43,517 bases of DNA from Naegleria gruberi (taxonomy: Eukaryota): the NCBI GenBank assembly GCA_000004985.1, contig GG738958.1; one strand, given 5' to 3'. Shown in pieces: positions 1 to 8,869 of the stretch. Position numbers and translations under genes: made by a program. A model generated the notes under the pieces. That model made no database searches. It was not told the DNA's origin and saw only the letters and a list, made by a program, of their open reading frames with translations. Every line of letters starts with the position of its first letter. Position 1 is the stretch's first letter.

Positions 1-46
1 TAATGCCAACCACATTTTACAAAACAGGATCCTAAGAACCACAACT

Positions 47-53
47 TATAAAT
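47..53 (+). promoter_or_regulatory. Candidate TATA element (tataaat) about 100 nt upstream of the ATG at 153
   Basis: Seen in sequence: cttataaatgg at 45-55. No other support; AT-rich genome makes chance matches likely. Confidence 0.2.
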
Positions 54-152
54 GGTGATATCGGTATACAGAAATGTTATCAGCACAACTCACCTTTTAA
101 TGTTTATCCTTACTCAAGAATGCGGATACAAGGCATTTGATTATATAATAGG

Positions 153-1655
153 ATGCAACCAACACACCATGACAATCCAAAACAACGACTGTCTTACAGT
201 TTAAAACGACATTATTGCCTCACAACTTCTAAAAAACAACACAACAATATGCAATCCAAATCCACATCCAAATTACCAAGCAAGAGGTTATCTTTGCAAA
301 CAACCAATTCCACATCTCGCCTCAACAATGAACATAATAGACGCTCTCTCAATTCATCCACAACTAATTGTGATACATGTTCCACTACATCTAGTAGCAC
401 CTCCTCAACCAATACTGATTCATTCTACTCAACTACAGAAGCAAGTATGCTGAGTGTGAGTATGGAATTGTTGGACACAATGATTGTTTATCCAGGTGGT
501 AAACACTCAGTATTACAACTCAGTGAAAAGCATCGTGTATTGTTAGTATTTATCAAATGGTTTGGTTGTCCAATTTGTCAGAATGTCATTGATGACTTAC
601 AGAGATATCTGTCAAGCTTTTTATTGTTAAATATTGTTCCAGTAGTTTGTCATCAAGAAGATATTTCCAAGTTTTCAGAATACCTTTCGAATACTCAATT
701 ATTGCATTGTAGGATAACCAAGGAAATGAAGAAGGAATTCTCTGTCAAGAAAGCTTCCCTCCTAAAACATGCCAAAGTAATGCCAAGCATGATCAAGTTA
801 ATGGTACAGAAAAAGAAGAAATTCTTCTTGCCTTCAGCTCATGAAATCAAAGGTATGGACATGCTTTCATCATTTGGCATGTATATTGTACATAAGGGAC
901 AAGTAACAAGCAGCTATTCATCTGATATTTTGAATGCAAGACCAGATTATGGTGTTTTCTTGTTCCACTTGAAAGAAGATCATTTATATTCAGATAGTTC
1001 ATCTCCAGAAGACTTTCTTCCAAGACTTTTAAAGCTATTCCCAAACATGAAGATGGTATTTGAGGAATTGAGAGAGAAGAGAAAACAACAACCTGAATTA
1101 TCATCCCTTCCACTCACACCTAGAGGATCTAATTTCAGTACTAGTTTTAAAAACAATGAAGAGGATGAATTCTCATTGAAAAATGTCTTGGAAAATGCAA
1201 CCATGAGAACATTCTTCAAGGCCTTCCTATCCAATCAATATTGTTTGGAGCCAGTTATCTTTTATGAGCAAGTTAAAATGTTCAGAATGTTGTGTCAGAG
1301 AAGATCACCTGCCAGCCCATCATTCGAATATCAAATGGAGAATATTCTTGCACACAATTCACCTAGCTCAGCATTGGATTTGAAAATTCAAGAATGCAAA
1401 CAAAAGGCCGAATACATAATTGATAACTTTTTGAAAGATACCTCCATGTTTCAAATCAAAACAAGTGGAAAGTTATTAAGGAAATTATTCTCAGCCATTG
1501 AAGAGAAATGCTCTGATGAAACACTTTTTGATGATATTTTACAAGATATCATATCGAGCATGTTAGTGTTTCGTTTCGAAAATTTTACTGATTCACCTTT
1601 TTTCCAAGACATGATTCATAGAGTACAATCGAATAAAGTTGTGACATCAAATTGA
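153..1655 (+). CDS. Thioredoxin-fold (CxxC, AhpC/TSA- or PRXL2/SelU-like) plus C-terminal RGS (regulator of G-protein signalling) domain protein, 500 aa, single uninterrupted ORF
   Basis: ATG at 153, TGA at 1653-1655. N-terminal S/T/N-rich low complexity. Mid region VLLVFIKWFGCPICQNVIDDLQ has the thioredoxin-fold CxxC signature (established family pattern). C-terminal about 140 aa fit the RGS helix pattern: TFFKAFLSNQYCLEPVIFYEQVKMF (F..FL..E.s.E...F), YIIDNFLKDTSMFQIKTSGKL, and IISSMLVFRFENFTDSPFF (RGS C-terminal ...F.RF..S..Y/F). The RGS call is by-eye motif matching, not a search. Confidence 0.6.
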   Translation: MQPTHHDNPKQRLSYSLKRHYCLTTSKKQHNNMQSKSTSKLPSKRLSLQTTNSTSRLNNEHNRRSLNSSTTNCDTCSTTSSSTSSTNTDSFYSTTEASMLSVSMELLDTMIVYPGGKHSVLQLSEKHRVLLVFIKWFGCPICQNVIDDLQRYLSSFLLLNIVPVVCHQEDISKFSEYLSNTQLLHCRITKEMKKEFSVKKASLLKHAKVMPSMIKLMVQKKKKFFLPSAHEIKGMDMLSSFGMYIVHKGQVTSSYSSDILNARPDYGVFLFHLKEDHLYSDSSSPEDFLPRLLKLFPNMKMVFEELREKRKQQPELSSLPLTPRGSNFSTSFKNNEEDEFSLKNVLENATMRTFFKAFLSNQYCLEPVIFYEQVKMFRMLCQRRSPASPSFEYQMENILAHNSPSSALDLKIQECKQKAEYIIDNFLKDTSMFQIKTSGKLLRKLFSAIEEKCSDETLFDDILQDIISSMLVFRFENFTDSPFFQDMIHRVQSNKVVTSN

Positions 1656-1767
1656 ATCATTTGAACACCTTTCTTCATGTCATTTGGAATGCTACCAAGT
1701 TCCCTTAATTCTGAAGATTTTCCCCACATTCATTATTTAATAATCATATTAATATATTGGATATCAA

Positions 1768-1848
1768 GTTGAGGTGGCCGAGTGGTTAAGGCGCCAGCCT
1801 GCTAAGTTGGTGGAGTAATCCGCGTGGGTTCGAATCCCATCCTCAACG
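1768..1848 (+). tRNA. tRNA-Ser (anticodon GCT), class II with long variable arm
   Basis: Cloverleaf folded by hand. Acceptor GTTGAGG/CCTCAAC (7 bp) with discriminator G1848; U8; D-arm GCC-AGTGGTTAA-GGC (typical Ser D-loop GCCGAGTGGTTAAGGCG); anticodon stem CCAGC/GTTGG with loop CTGCTAA (anticodon GCT, U33 and A37 present); 13-nt variable arm TGGAGTAATCCGC; T-arm GTGGG-TTCGAAT-CCCAT. A run of six T follows immediately (1849-1854). Confidence 0.85.
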
Positions 1849-1854
1849 TTTTTT
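1849..1854 (+). terminator. Pol III terminator (T6) directly after tRNA-Ser
   Basis: tttttt at 1849-1854 abutting the discriminator base. Confidence 0.7.
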
Positions 1855-2069
1855 CATGCTTGCATTTTTATCTCCAATCAACTTTCAAGTAGCTGCGGGT
1901 CAAGTCATCACACTAAATAATGGCACAATTTACAAAAAAACAAAAGAACTCACAACAGACCTTCCACCTCATCACTTCTTTAATCTTTTTCACATTAACT
2001 TCTCAACACATCATCACAATTAAAATTTAATAATTAATTTATTCGAAACTATTCGTCATCAGCATAATT

Positions 2070-5000
2070 ATGGATATTTTCTGTGTGTGTATAGCAGAAT
2101 TTGATTTACTCAAAGGAAACACACTTTCACATGTGTATCCACCCGAACGAAGAACTATTCTAAACACTTTCACATCTCATTTGGGAGATTATTGTCTTCC
2201 GGATGGTGCTCACTATTTTGAAGAGGATGCTACCTATCTGGTAATTCCTTCAAATGTTGTGAGTTCTTCTCTGTATAGTTATTTGAAATCGGGTGCTTCT
2301 TCTAACAATGTTTCTAGTGTTTCGAATAGTGAGAATAGTTCAGTTGTTAATAATACACAACAAGTAATGGAATTTATTGAACCCTATGTGGATAAACCAA
2401 TGTATGCTCATTGTTTATTTAGAAATAAGAAGGATGAACGTGTCAAGAGAGGTGCCATTCAAAAGTCAATTATTTTATTTTCATCAAAACCATTATTTAC
2501 TGTTTATGAGAATTTATTGAGATTGGCATTGAATAGAATTTTGGATTTGGATAATATTCACTTACAGGTTAATGCTACAGCTACTAAGAAACAACCAGGT
2601 GAAGAATTAAACGAAACGGATTTAAATCTTTTGAATCAAGTTCATGATCAGATTAATGATACTTTGAAAGAGTTTTATAACGAGTGCAGAAATTGTAACA
2701 TGTTACAATTGAAATTATTCCCAAATACTGATACTATTACTTTGAATATTCCACGTCAGATTGATCCATTCACACCAATTGCATTTACACATGGAACTTC
2801 TCTTGTACAATTAGTTCAATATTTTGGATTGGAAACAATGCTTGTTTGTTGGAATGCTCTATTGTTGGATAAGAGAATTATGGTAATTGGTTCACCTGCC
2901 AAGTTGGTTTCACAGATCTGTCTCACTCTTCCTCTCTTGATTTATCCATTCCAATATAATGTCAATCGTGTACATCCATATGTGCCACTCTCAGAGATGG
3001 ATGATGTGTTATCTGCAACTTCTAAAATTCCAGAATATATCATTGGTACGACGAATGCTCTCTTTGAAACTCAAGGAAAAAATCAGAGAACTCAATGGTG
3101 GGATGTTTGTTTGAGTGTCAATTCTAGAAAAGTTCAACTTGCTGAAAAGATGCCACCTCATTTCGGTGGTTCTGATTTGGCATTCCTCAATACCAATGAT
3201 AGCGAAGATGTTCAAATTGAAAAGCTCAATGCCTATCAGAAAGTATTCATGTTAAATGTCATTAGTGGAGTGAGAGATGGAAAGAGTGAACAATGGGTTC
3301 GTGATCAGTTCAAAACTCACAATCTCAAGTTTATTACCGAATTATTGACAAAGGGAAAGCTTACTGATATAGTTGAGAATGTTCCGTCTGATGTAGGTGT
3401 CGATCCACAAAAACAACAAGTGGCTTTGAAGAATATTTCAGGAGGTCAATTGAAAAAGATTCAAAGACAGTTCATTGCTGAATCCTCCAAGTTTAGAACC
3501 TATGCTTTCAAACAATATTCAACATTTAGAAGTTCACACTGTAGTGGAGATAAGAGTGATGACAAACAATCGGAATCTGTTCTCCAATTATTGCAATATT
3601 TACAGGACGATAGGATTATCAAGAAGCAAAAGCTTAAATACTTGTTTGATTTGGATAAGATGTTGTGTAATGTTGATCAAATTGACTTGTTATTGTCAGT
3701 TAGTGATAATTCAAGTATTTTTACAACTATTAAGAATAACAAGTGGTTAATTGATGATAATAATCAGTGGAGAAAGTACAGTGCCAGTATTTTATCCCAA
3801 TTGGCAATTAGTGTTAAAGGTCAAATTCAATTATTGTCTCTTCTTCCATCTATCAAACTCTTGACCGAAGATTCAATGCCAAATGTCAAGAGAATTGGTT
3901 ATTACTGTATTATGAAGGTTAGCAACTTGTACATTGGTACATATGCCATCTTGAGAAACCACCACGACATTATTGAAAAGATTCTTGATAACATTTTGAA
4001 TGAGAGTGTGACAGATGCCAATTTTTATGAAATTAGAATGTACAGCATTCAAACCTTGTTACAAATTTGTCACTATTTTGATTATTTCAAACAGAGTATT
4101 AATGTTATCATGACAGATAAGGTCAATAATAATATGATTGAAGATGACGATGCCTACGCCAAGATTGTCAGTGTTTCCGTTGATAATTCAATGATTTCTT
4201 CAATTGTTGAAAAATTGGAAGGATTTAAAACTAAAATTGCTGGCAGTTTCTCCTACAGTAGTATTTCCAATAACAGTGTAGCAAAAAGAAGTTTGAACGA
4301 TTACAAATTCATTGACAAGTTACTGATTCTCTACGATTACTATGAACTCTATAATAATTACCACATTCTCACTGAGAGTGCTCTCAAGTACAATATGAAT
4401 GTCTTTTATTATTTGAGAAATTTTGACAATTCTCAGGCAAATTCATCCTTCACTGAAATGTATCATCACATCTCATCTATCATTATGAATATTAAGAATG
4501 ATTTGAAGAAGAGTAGTTCAGTTCAACAATCAGAGGGCGAAGATTCCAGTGATCCTCAAACACACATCAATGAATTCCATCATCACCACATGAGTGTTTA
4601 CTTGTTAGCTCTCTTACAAAGCACCAATTTGATCAATATCATTTTCAATGAATTTATTTTGAACGTGAATCATATCAAAACTTACAAGAATTACAAAATG
4701 CTCTACATGGTCATGCAATTATTGTACTATGTCATTGATACCAATGTTGGAATGTACTATTTATTAATTTCCAATTATATTGAATATTGCTTGACATTTA
4801 TCAAGTACTTTTCCATTTTGAAGAACAATGATCCAGAGGAAAGCAGTGAGGGCAATTTGAATTTCAGACTTTTCAAATGTTATTCCTTTATCATGTTCCT
4901 CAAAAGACTTTGCAAGTATAAGAAGGCAGCGTGTAGACTCATTGAATCTAATGCTCTTCATATTTTAGGTCAATTCATCATTACTCATTATTACAATCCA

Positions 5001-5579
5001 TTATTATCCAATTTGACCTATGCAGCCATTGATGTATTCCAAGATCTTTCTGTATTTTACTTTACACACTATTCCAATCCATTGGATTCTCAATGTGTAA
5101 CCCAATATTTCATTGAAGAGGATTCCACCAATAGCAGTGGCAACCAAGACGAGGAAGAATTCTTTAAAAATCCACTCTATGAGAGAAATTCCACATTGTA
5201 CTTTAAGAAGAGAATTAAGGATCGTCTGGAAATTCTGCCAGAACTCAGAAAGAAACATTTATTCAATTCTCTCTACAAAATTGCCTCAGCAACCTCAAAA
5301 ACTGAAGATTTTGAAAAGAATTTCCAACACGAAGCCATGTTAGAAAGCTCAAACTTCAAATACCATTATCATTTACAAAAACCAAGTGAGAAATCTCCGA
5401 GAGTTCTTTCAAGACTTTCCAAATTTAAACAAAAATTTACAGTGCAAACTAGTGAAAATGATGGAGATGATCATTTTGAGATGAATGTTTTGGATCAGAA
5501 ATTGAGACAGTGTGTTCATATTTTGAATACTTTTATTTTCAATTCAGATAATGAAATGAAACTTTCTTCTGAGGAATAA
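2070..5579 (+). CDS. AVL9-like / DENN-related (late secretory pathway protein Avl9 family) protein with long C-terminal extension, 1169 aa, single ORF
   Basis: ATG at 2070, TAA at 5577-5579. The N-terminal 300 aa align by eye to human/yeast AVL9: LSHVYPP..LPDGAHYFEEDATYLV versus AVL9 FSYPPL...LPDGAHNYQEDTVFF; RGAIQKSIILFSSKPLF versus RETVQKSVCVLSKLPLY; LVQLVQYFGLETMLVCWNALLLDKRIMVIGSPAKLVSQICLTLPLLIYP versus LVLHFRHKVLILFKLILLEKKVLFYISPVNKLVGALMTVLSLFPGMI. The C-terminal about 800 aa are N/S/K/Y-rich and unassigned. AATAAA (5575-5580) overlaps the stop codon. Confidence 0.6.
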   Translation: MDIFCVCIAEFDLLKGNTLSHVYPPERRTILNTFTSHLGDYCLPDGAHYFEEDATYLVIPSNVVSSSLYSYLKSGASSNNVSSVSNSENSSVVNNTQQVMEFIEPYVDKPMYAHCLFRNKKDERVKRGAIQKSIILFSSKPLFTVYENLLRLALNRILDLDNIHLQVNATATKKQPGEELNETDLNLLNQVHDQINDTLKEFYNECRNCNMLQLKLFPNTDTITLNIPRQIDPFTPIAFTHGTSLVQLVQYFGLETMLVCWNALLLDKRIMVIGSPAKLVSQICLTLPLLIYPFQYNVNRVHPYVPLSEMDDVLSATSKIPEYIIGTTNALFETQGKNQRTQWWDVCLSVNSRKVQLAEKMPPHFGGSDLAFLNTNDSEDVQIEKLNAYQKVFMLNVISGVRDGKSEQWVRDQFKTHNLKFITELLTKGKLTDIVENVPSDVGVDPQKQQVALKNISGGQLKKIQRQFIAESSKFRTYAFKQYSTFRSSHCSGDKSDDKQSESVLQLLQYLQDDRIIKKQKLKYLFDLDKMLCNVDQIDLLLSVSDNSSIFTTIKNNKWLIDDNNQWRKYSASILSQLAISVKGQIQLLSLLPSIKLLTEDSMPNVKRIGYYCIMKVSNLYIGTYAILRNHHDIIEKILDNILNESVTDANFYEIRMYSIQTLLQICHYFDYFKQSINVIMTDKVNNNMIEDDDAYAKIVSVSVDNSMISSIVEKLEGFKTKIAGSFSYSSISNNSVAKRSLNDYKFIDKLLILYDYYELYNNYHILTESALKYNMNVFYYLRNFDNSQANSSFTEMYHHISSIIMNIKNDLKKSSSVQQSEGEDSSDPQTHINEFHHHHMSVYLLALLQSTNLINIIFNEFILNVNHIKTYKNYKMLYMVMQLLYYVIDTNVGMYYLLISNYIEYCLTFIKYFSILKNNDPEESSEGNLNFRLFKCYSFIMFLKRLCKYKKAACRLIESNALHILGQFIITHYYNPLLSNLTYAAIDVFQDLSVFYFTHYSNPLDSQCVTQYFIEEDSTNSSGNQDEEEFFKNPLYERNSTLYFKKRIKDRLEILPELRKKHLFNSLYKIASATSKTEDFEKNFQHEAMLESSNFKYHYHLQKPSEKSPRVLSRLSKFKQKFTVQTSENDGDDHFEMNVLDQKLRQCVHILNTFIFNSDNEMKLSSEE

Positions 5580-5604
5580 AAATTATATTCGAAAGTATAT
5601 CATG

Positions 5605-6153
5605 TTATGGAAATGTAATGTTTGGAAAGTAGTGGAGGAGTAATAGAAATATATTTTGGTAAATTTGCAAATTTGTTAACAATTGACAATCTGTTATTTG
5701 TGTGGAATTTGATCGCATGTCAGTAGCATTAGAATTACTTAGAGGAAAGTGGACGAAATGGCAATAATCTGATGGCGTGATTGTTGACGCATGCATGTCA
5801 TTTTCCATTTGCTGATTTTTCGCTTTGTTCAATTCTTCCAAAATCGAATATTCACTATCAACATGCATATTAGGATTACTGACATGTGTCTCGACATGCA
5901 TCTTGACAGGTAAGCTCATTACACTAGCTAAACTATCCTTCTTTGATAAAACTCTAAATTGTGATGTTGGCTCTTGATGTTTCTCTACATGAAATACGAA
6001 ATAATTATCCAAAAATCTTTCGTTTAATAAAGTCTTTCTTAAACGTTGAGTTTTCAGTTTGTTTTCACGTTTGGCTATTCGCATGGAAGTTCTCAATGTT
6101 TCGTCTATGAAAGAAACATCTCTTTGATTGAGTTTCGAATAAGATTGGGGCAT
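5605..6153 (-). CDS. Member A of tandem small-protein family (divergent copy, 182 aa), function unknown
   Basis: ATG = cat at 6151-6153, stop tta at 5605-5607. Shares the N-terminal module with the other copies (FIDETLRTSMRIAKRENKLKTQRLRKTLLNERFLDNYFVFHVEK versus F.DET.KTLNRI.KK.K.SAKHELRKQLCND.LLKNYFVLNPEK) and a C-terminal hydrophobic IFLLLLHYF versus LFLLQLCCA. Its stop lies 25 bp from the stop of the convergent AVL9-like gene. Confidence 0.55.
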   Translation of the reverse strand: MPQSYSKLNQRDVSFIDETLRTSMRIAKRENKLKTQRLRKTLLNERFLDNYFVFHVEKHQEPTSQFRVLSKKDSLASVMSLPVKMHVETHVSNPNMHVDSEYSILEELNKAKNQQMENDMHASTITPSDYCHFVHFPLSNSNATDMRSNSTQITDCQLLTNLQIYQNIFLLLLHYFPNITFP

Positions 6154-7192
6154 GTTTTTTTTTAGTTGGAAAGTTTCAAACTTTCTGTTCGATTCTTAAT
6201 GCACAAGGGTAATATCGAACAAGTCTGGTTGTGAGCACATTCAAAATGGTCAATGGTAAGATTTTTTAAAGTGCATGGTTATGGCATTATCCAAAAAGGG
6301 AACATTGACGGTCAATTAAGGTTTTTGCACATCAATTCAAAGTTGCCTTGTATAGTGCAATGAGTTCTTCCACAATAATTCTTGGTTAATACTACCAATC
6401 AAAAGTTAAAAGTTCCATTTTTGAACATTAACTTTAATACTGTTCTGTTTTCTGTTGTAAAAGTTAATTATTATTATTGCAATGTCGCACGAATGAAATT
6501 ATGCGTTTTATTGTTCTGATGATGGCACTCTTCTAAAATAGAAGTTTGATACTTGCTAATTATTGAGGCACCTGATGATTCGTTTCGTTTCTTTCGGTCT
6601 GTATGTGCTTAATGAAGTTGAGCAAACTTTCGAAAGTACACGTTTCGGTTTCACCACTTTCATTTCTAATAATAAGAATGTGGAAAGTACTGGTGGCAGT
6701 GGTGCAATGATTTTTCTGCAATAATTCTTGTATAAATTTCCATGATTGACCTTTGTTATTATAAGAAGGTTTCCACTCAACTTGTTGGAACATTAATTCA
6801 ACATTTTCTGCCTACATTTTAGAATATTAACAATTTGCTAATGATTGAAGCATCACCTGCTTGATTATCATGATAATTCTTCTGAAAGGTACACTTGTGC
6901 ACAAAATCACACTTAATATGCTGTAATCATTTAGTTTGACAGAGATTGGAAAATAGTTGTGGTTGTGGTATTGTTTCTACCTCGATATGGAACTGTGTGC
7001 TTAATGAAGTTTCCAATGAATTTTGATGAGAATCCTTTCGAATACAATCTGTTTCAGTTTCACTTAAAGAAGCGAGATGGGTAAAACAGAGATATTACTC
7101 AAAAGATAAGTTCTCAAAACAAAAGATCCCATTCTAAATCGCATTTATTAAAGTCATGAGAGTTGACGAAAGTTGCGACTCAACTGAGATTT

Positions 7193-7651
7193 TTATTGAA
7201 AGAAATTTCTGTTTTGTCCTTGATCCATAAGAGCACAACACAATTGCAGTAGAAATAAATCGAATTGTTGCTGATGGTTGTGGATAGTGTTTGGAGTTTC
7301 GTCTATTTGTTGTGTTTCATTTCGAATGATATTTGTTTCGAATAATTGATTTTGCTCGTGGTTATAGTTTGCTGATTGCAAGTTGTTGATCTTTGGTGGA
7401 GAAGTAGTAACGTGTTTAGTCACAATTAATTGTTCACTTTCGAATGATTTGGATCCATCAATTCGAAAGACAACAGTTTCGTCCTTTTCAGGGTTCAAAA
7501 CAAAGTAATTCTTCAATAAATCATCATTACACAATTGTTTTCTCAACTCGTGTTTGGCAGATATCTTGACCTTCTTTTGAATTCTATTCAATGTTTTACA
7601 AGTTTCGTCCTTGAACATTATTTGTTTCGTCTTCTTATTCGAATTATTCAT
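7193..7651 (-). CDS. Member B of tandem small-protein family, 152 aa, function unknown
   Basis: Complete ATG-to-TAA ORF: MNNSNKKTKQIMFKDETCKTLNRIQKKVKISAKHELRKQLCNDDLLKNYFVLNPEKDETVVFRIDGSKSFESEQLIVTKHVTTSPPKI...QQQFDLFLLQLCCALMDQGQNRNFFQ. It matches members C and D at about 75-80% identity by eye over the conserved blocks. AATAAA on the minus strand (tttatt at 7192-7197 on +) overlaps the stop codon. Confidence 0.65.
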   Translation of the reverse strand: MNNSNKKTKQIMFKDETCKTLNRIQKKVKISAKHELRKQLCNDDLLKNYFVLNPEKDETVVFRIDGSKSFESEQLIVTKHVTTSPPKINNLQSANYNHEQNQLFETNIIRNETQQIDETPNTIHNHQQQFDLFLLQLCCALMDQGQNRNFFQ

Positions 7652-8431
7652 CTTTGAGTTATTTTATTTAATATTAATTCAATGTCCAGCACACATGTTT
7701 CCATGATCAAAAGTTTGCCTTTATCAACTGAACCTGCCAAAATTGTCCTTTTTGATATTGACAATCAGATGTGCTGCATTTAAACAATCACATTTACAAA
7801 CTTAAAACGAAAGGAGATATTCGATATGGAAAATTGCAATTTCATTATGGAATTAAGAGACAATTGCGGCTCTTTCAAATTTTGGCTTCATGAACTCGAG
7901 GGAAAGCACTTTAAAAGGAATTAGCTTTATTTGTCAAATTTCCTAAGGGAAATGAGATTGTAGGAGCTCAATATCACAACATTTAAATATTTACAAATGT
8001 GAGAACAATCAGATTCGACGAAAGGAACACTGAATGATGAACTTAACCAAGTAGCTCACAAGCTATGAGAGTCGGATATTAAAGAAAGAAAGCAATTCAT
8101 CCATGATATTAATCCACACTTAATTATTTTCGTAAAATATCTAAAAATTGCTTAGACGTACAAGTAATTTGCCTTGTAATTAAACAAATTTACTACCCTT
8201 TGGTTATCATTTTACTTGCTCGTTGGATATCTAGGATCTAAGTTTCTTGTGATGCGTACAGTATTCGAAAGTCACGTCCTCCGTGCATGTAAGCCAAACA
8301 ACTGTCATCCTTTCCAATAAACACACTTCAATTTTGCTAAAGCAGATCAATAGCGCTTCAACTGATAATTGATGTAAAGGTAAGAGCATTAACTGATAAG
8401 TGGAGATTGAAGAAATCTCAAATTTACAGAT

Positions 8432-8869
8432 TTATTGAAAATTATTTCTGTTTTCTCCTTGCTCTAATTGTGCACAACATAACTGCAGAAGGAATAGATT
8501 GAATTGTTGTTGGTTGTGGAGAGAGTTTGAAGTTTCGTCTAGTTGGGGATCATTTCGAATAAGTGGAATTGGCTCTTGGTTTTGATATGATACGTTGCTG
8601 ATCTTTGGTGGAGAGCAGCTGACTTGTTTAGTAACAATTAATTGCTCATTTTCGAATGATTTAATGTCATCAATGCGAAAGACTGAAGTTTCGTCTTTTT
8701 CTCTATCCAAAACAAAGTAATTCTTCAATAATTCATCATTGCATAATTGTTTCCTGAGTTCGTGCTTGGCAGACTTTACTTTCTTCTTGTTTATTCTATT
8801 CAATGTTTTACTAGTTTCGTCTGTGAACATTAGTTTCGGATTCTTTCCATTATTCGAATTATTCATCAT
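8432..8869 (-). CDS. Member C of tandem small-protein family, 145 aa, function unknown
   Basis: Complete ORF MMNNSNNGKNPKLMFTDETSKTLNRINKKKVKSAKHELRKQLCNDELLKNYFVLDREKDETSVFRIDDIKSFENEQLIVTKQVSCSPPKI...QQQFNLFLLQLCCAQLEQGENRNNFQ. The substitution pattern relative to member B is conservative and codon-level, which is coding-like divergence. AATAAA (tttatt at 8431-8436 on +) overlaps the stop. Confidence 0.65.
   Translation of the reverse strand: MMNNSNNGKNPKLMFTDETSKTLNRINKKKVKSAKHELRKQLCNDELLKNYFVLDREKDETSVFRIDDIKSFENEQLIVTKQVSCSPPKISNVSYQNQEPIPLIRNDPQLDETSNSLHNQQQFNLFLLQLCCAQLEQGENRNNFQ

Noticed and set aside
212-1234. Short antisense ORFs (212..412, 847..1113, 980..1234) inside the RGS gene, and 3009..3215, 3475..3750, 4764..5343 inside or overlapping the AVL9-like gene
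   Set aside because: They are nested within or antisense to long well-supported ORFs. Their sizes are typical of chance ORFs in AT-rich coding DNA.
6556-6793. Two overlapping minus-strand ORFs (74 and 77 aa) between family members A and B
   Set aside because: No similarity to the family or to anything recognisable. Overlapping frames suggest chance. Kept as intergenic.
7193-7651. Interpreting the family as a Myb/SANT or MADS DNA-binding domain
   Set aside because: The resemblance AKHELRKQLCND..NP versus the Myb third helix lacks the spaced Trp residues. MADS, bZIP, HSF and forkhead signatures are absent. Left as unassigned.
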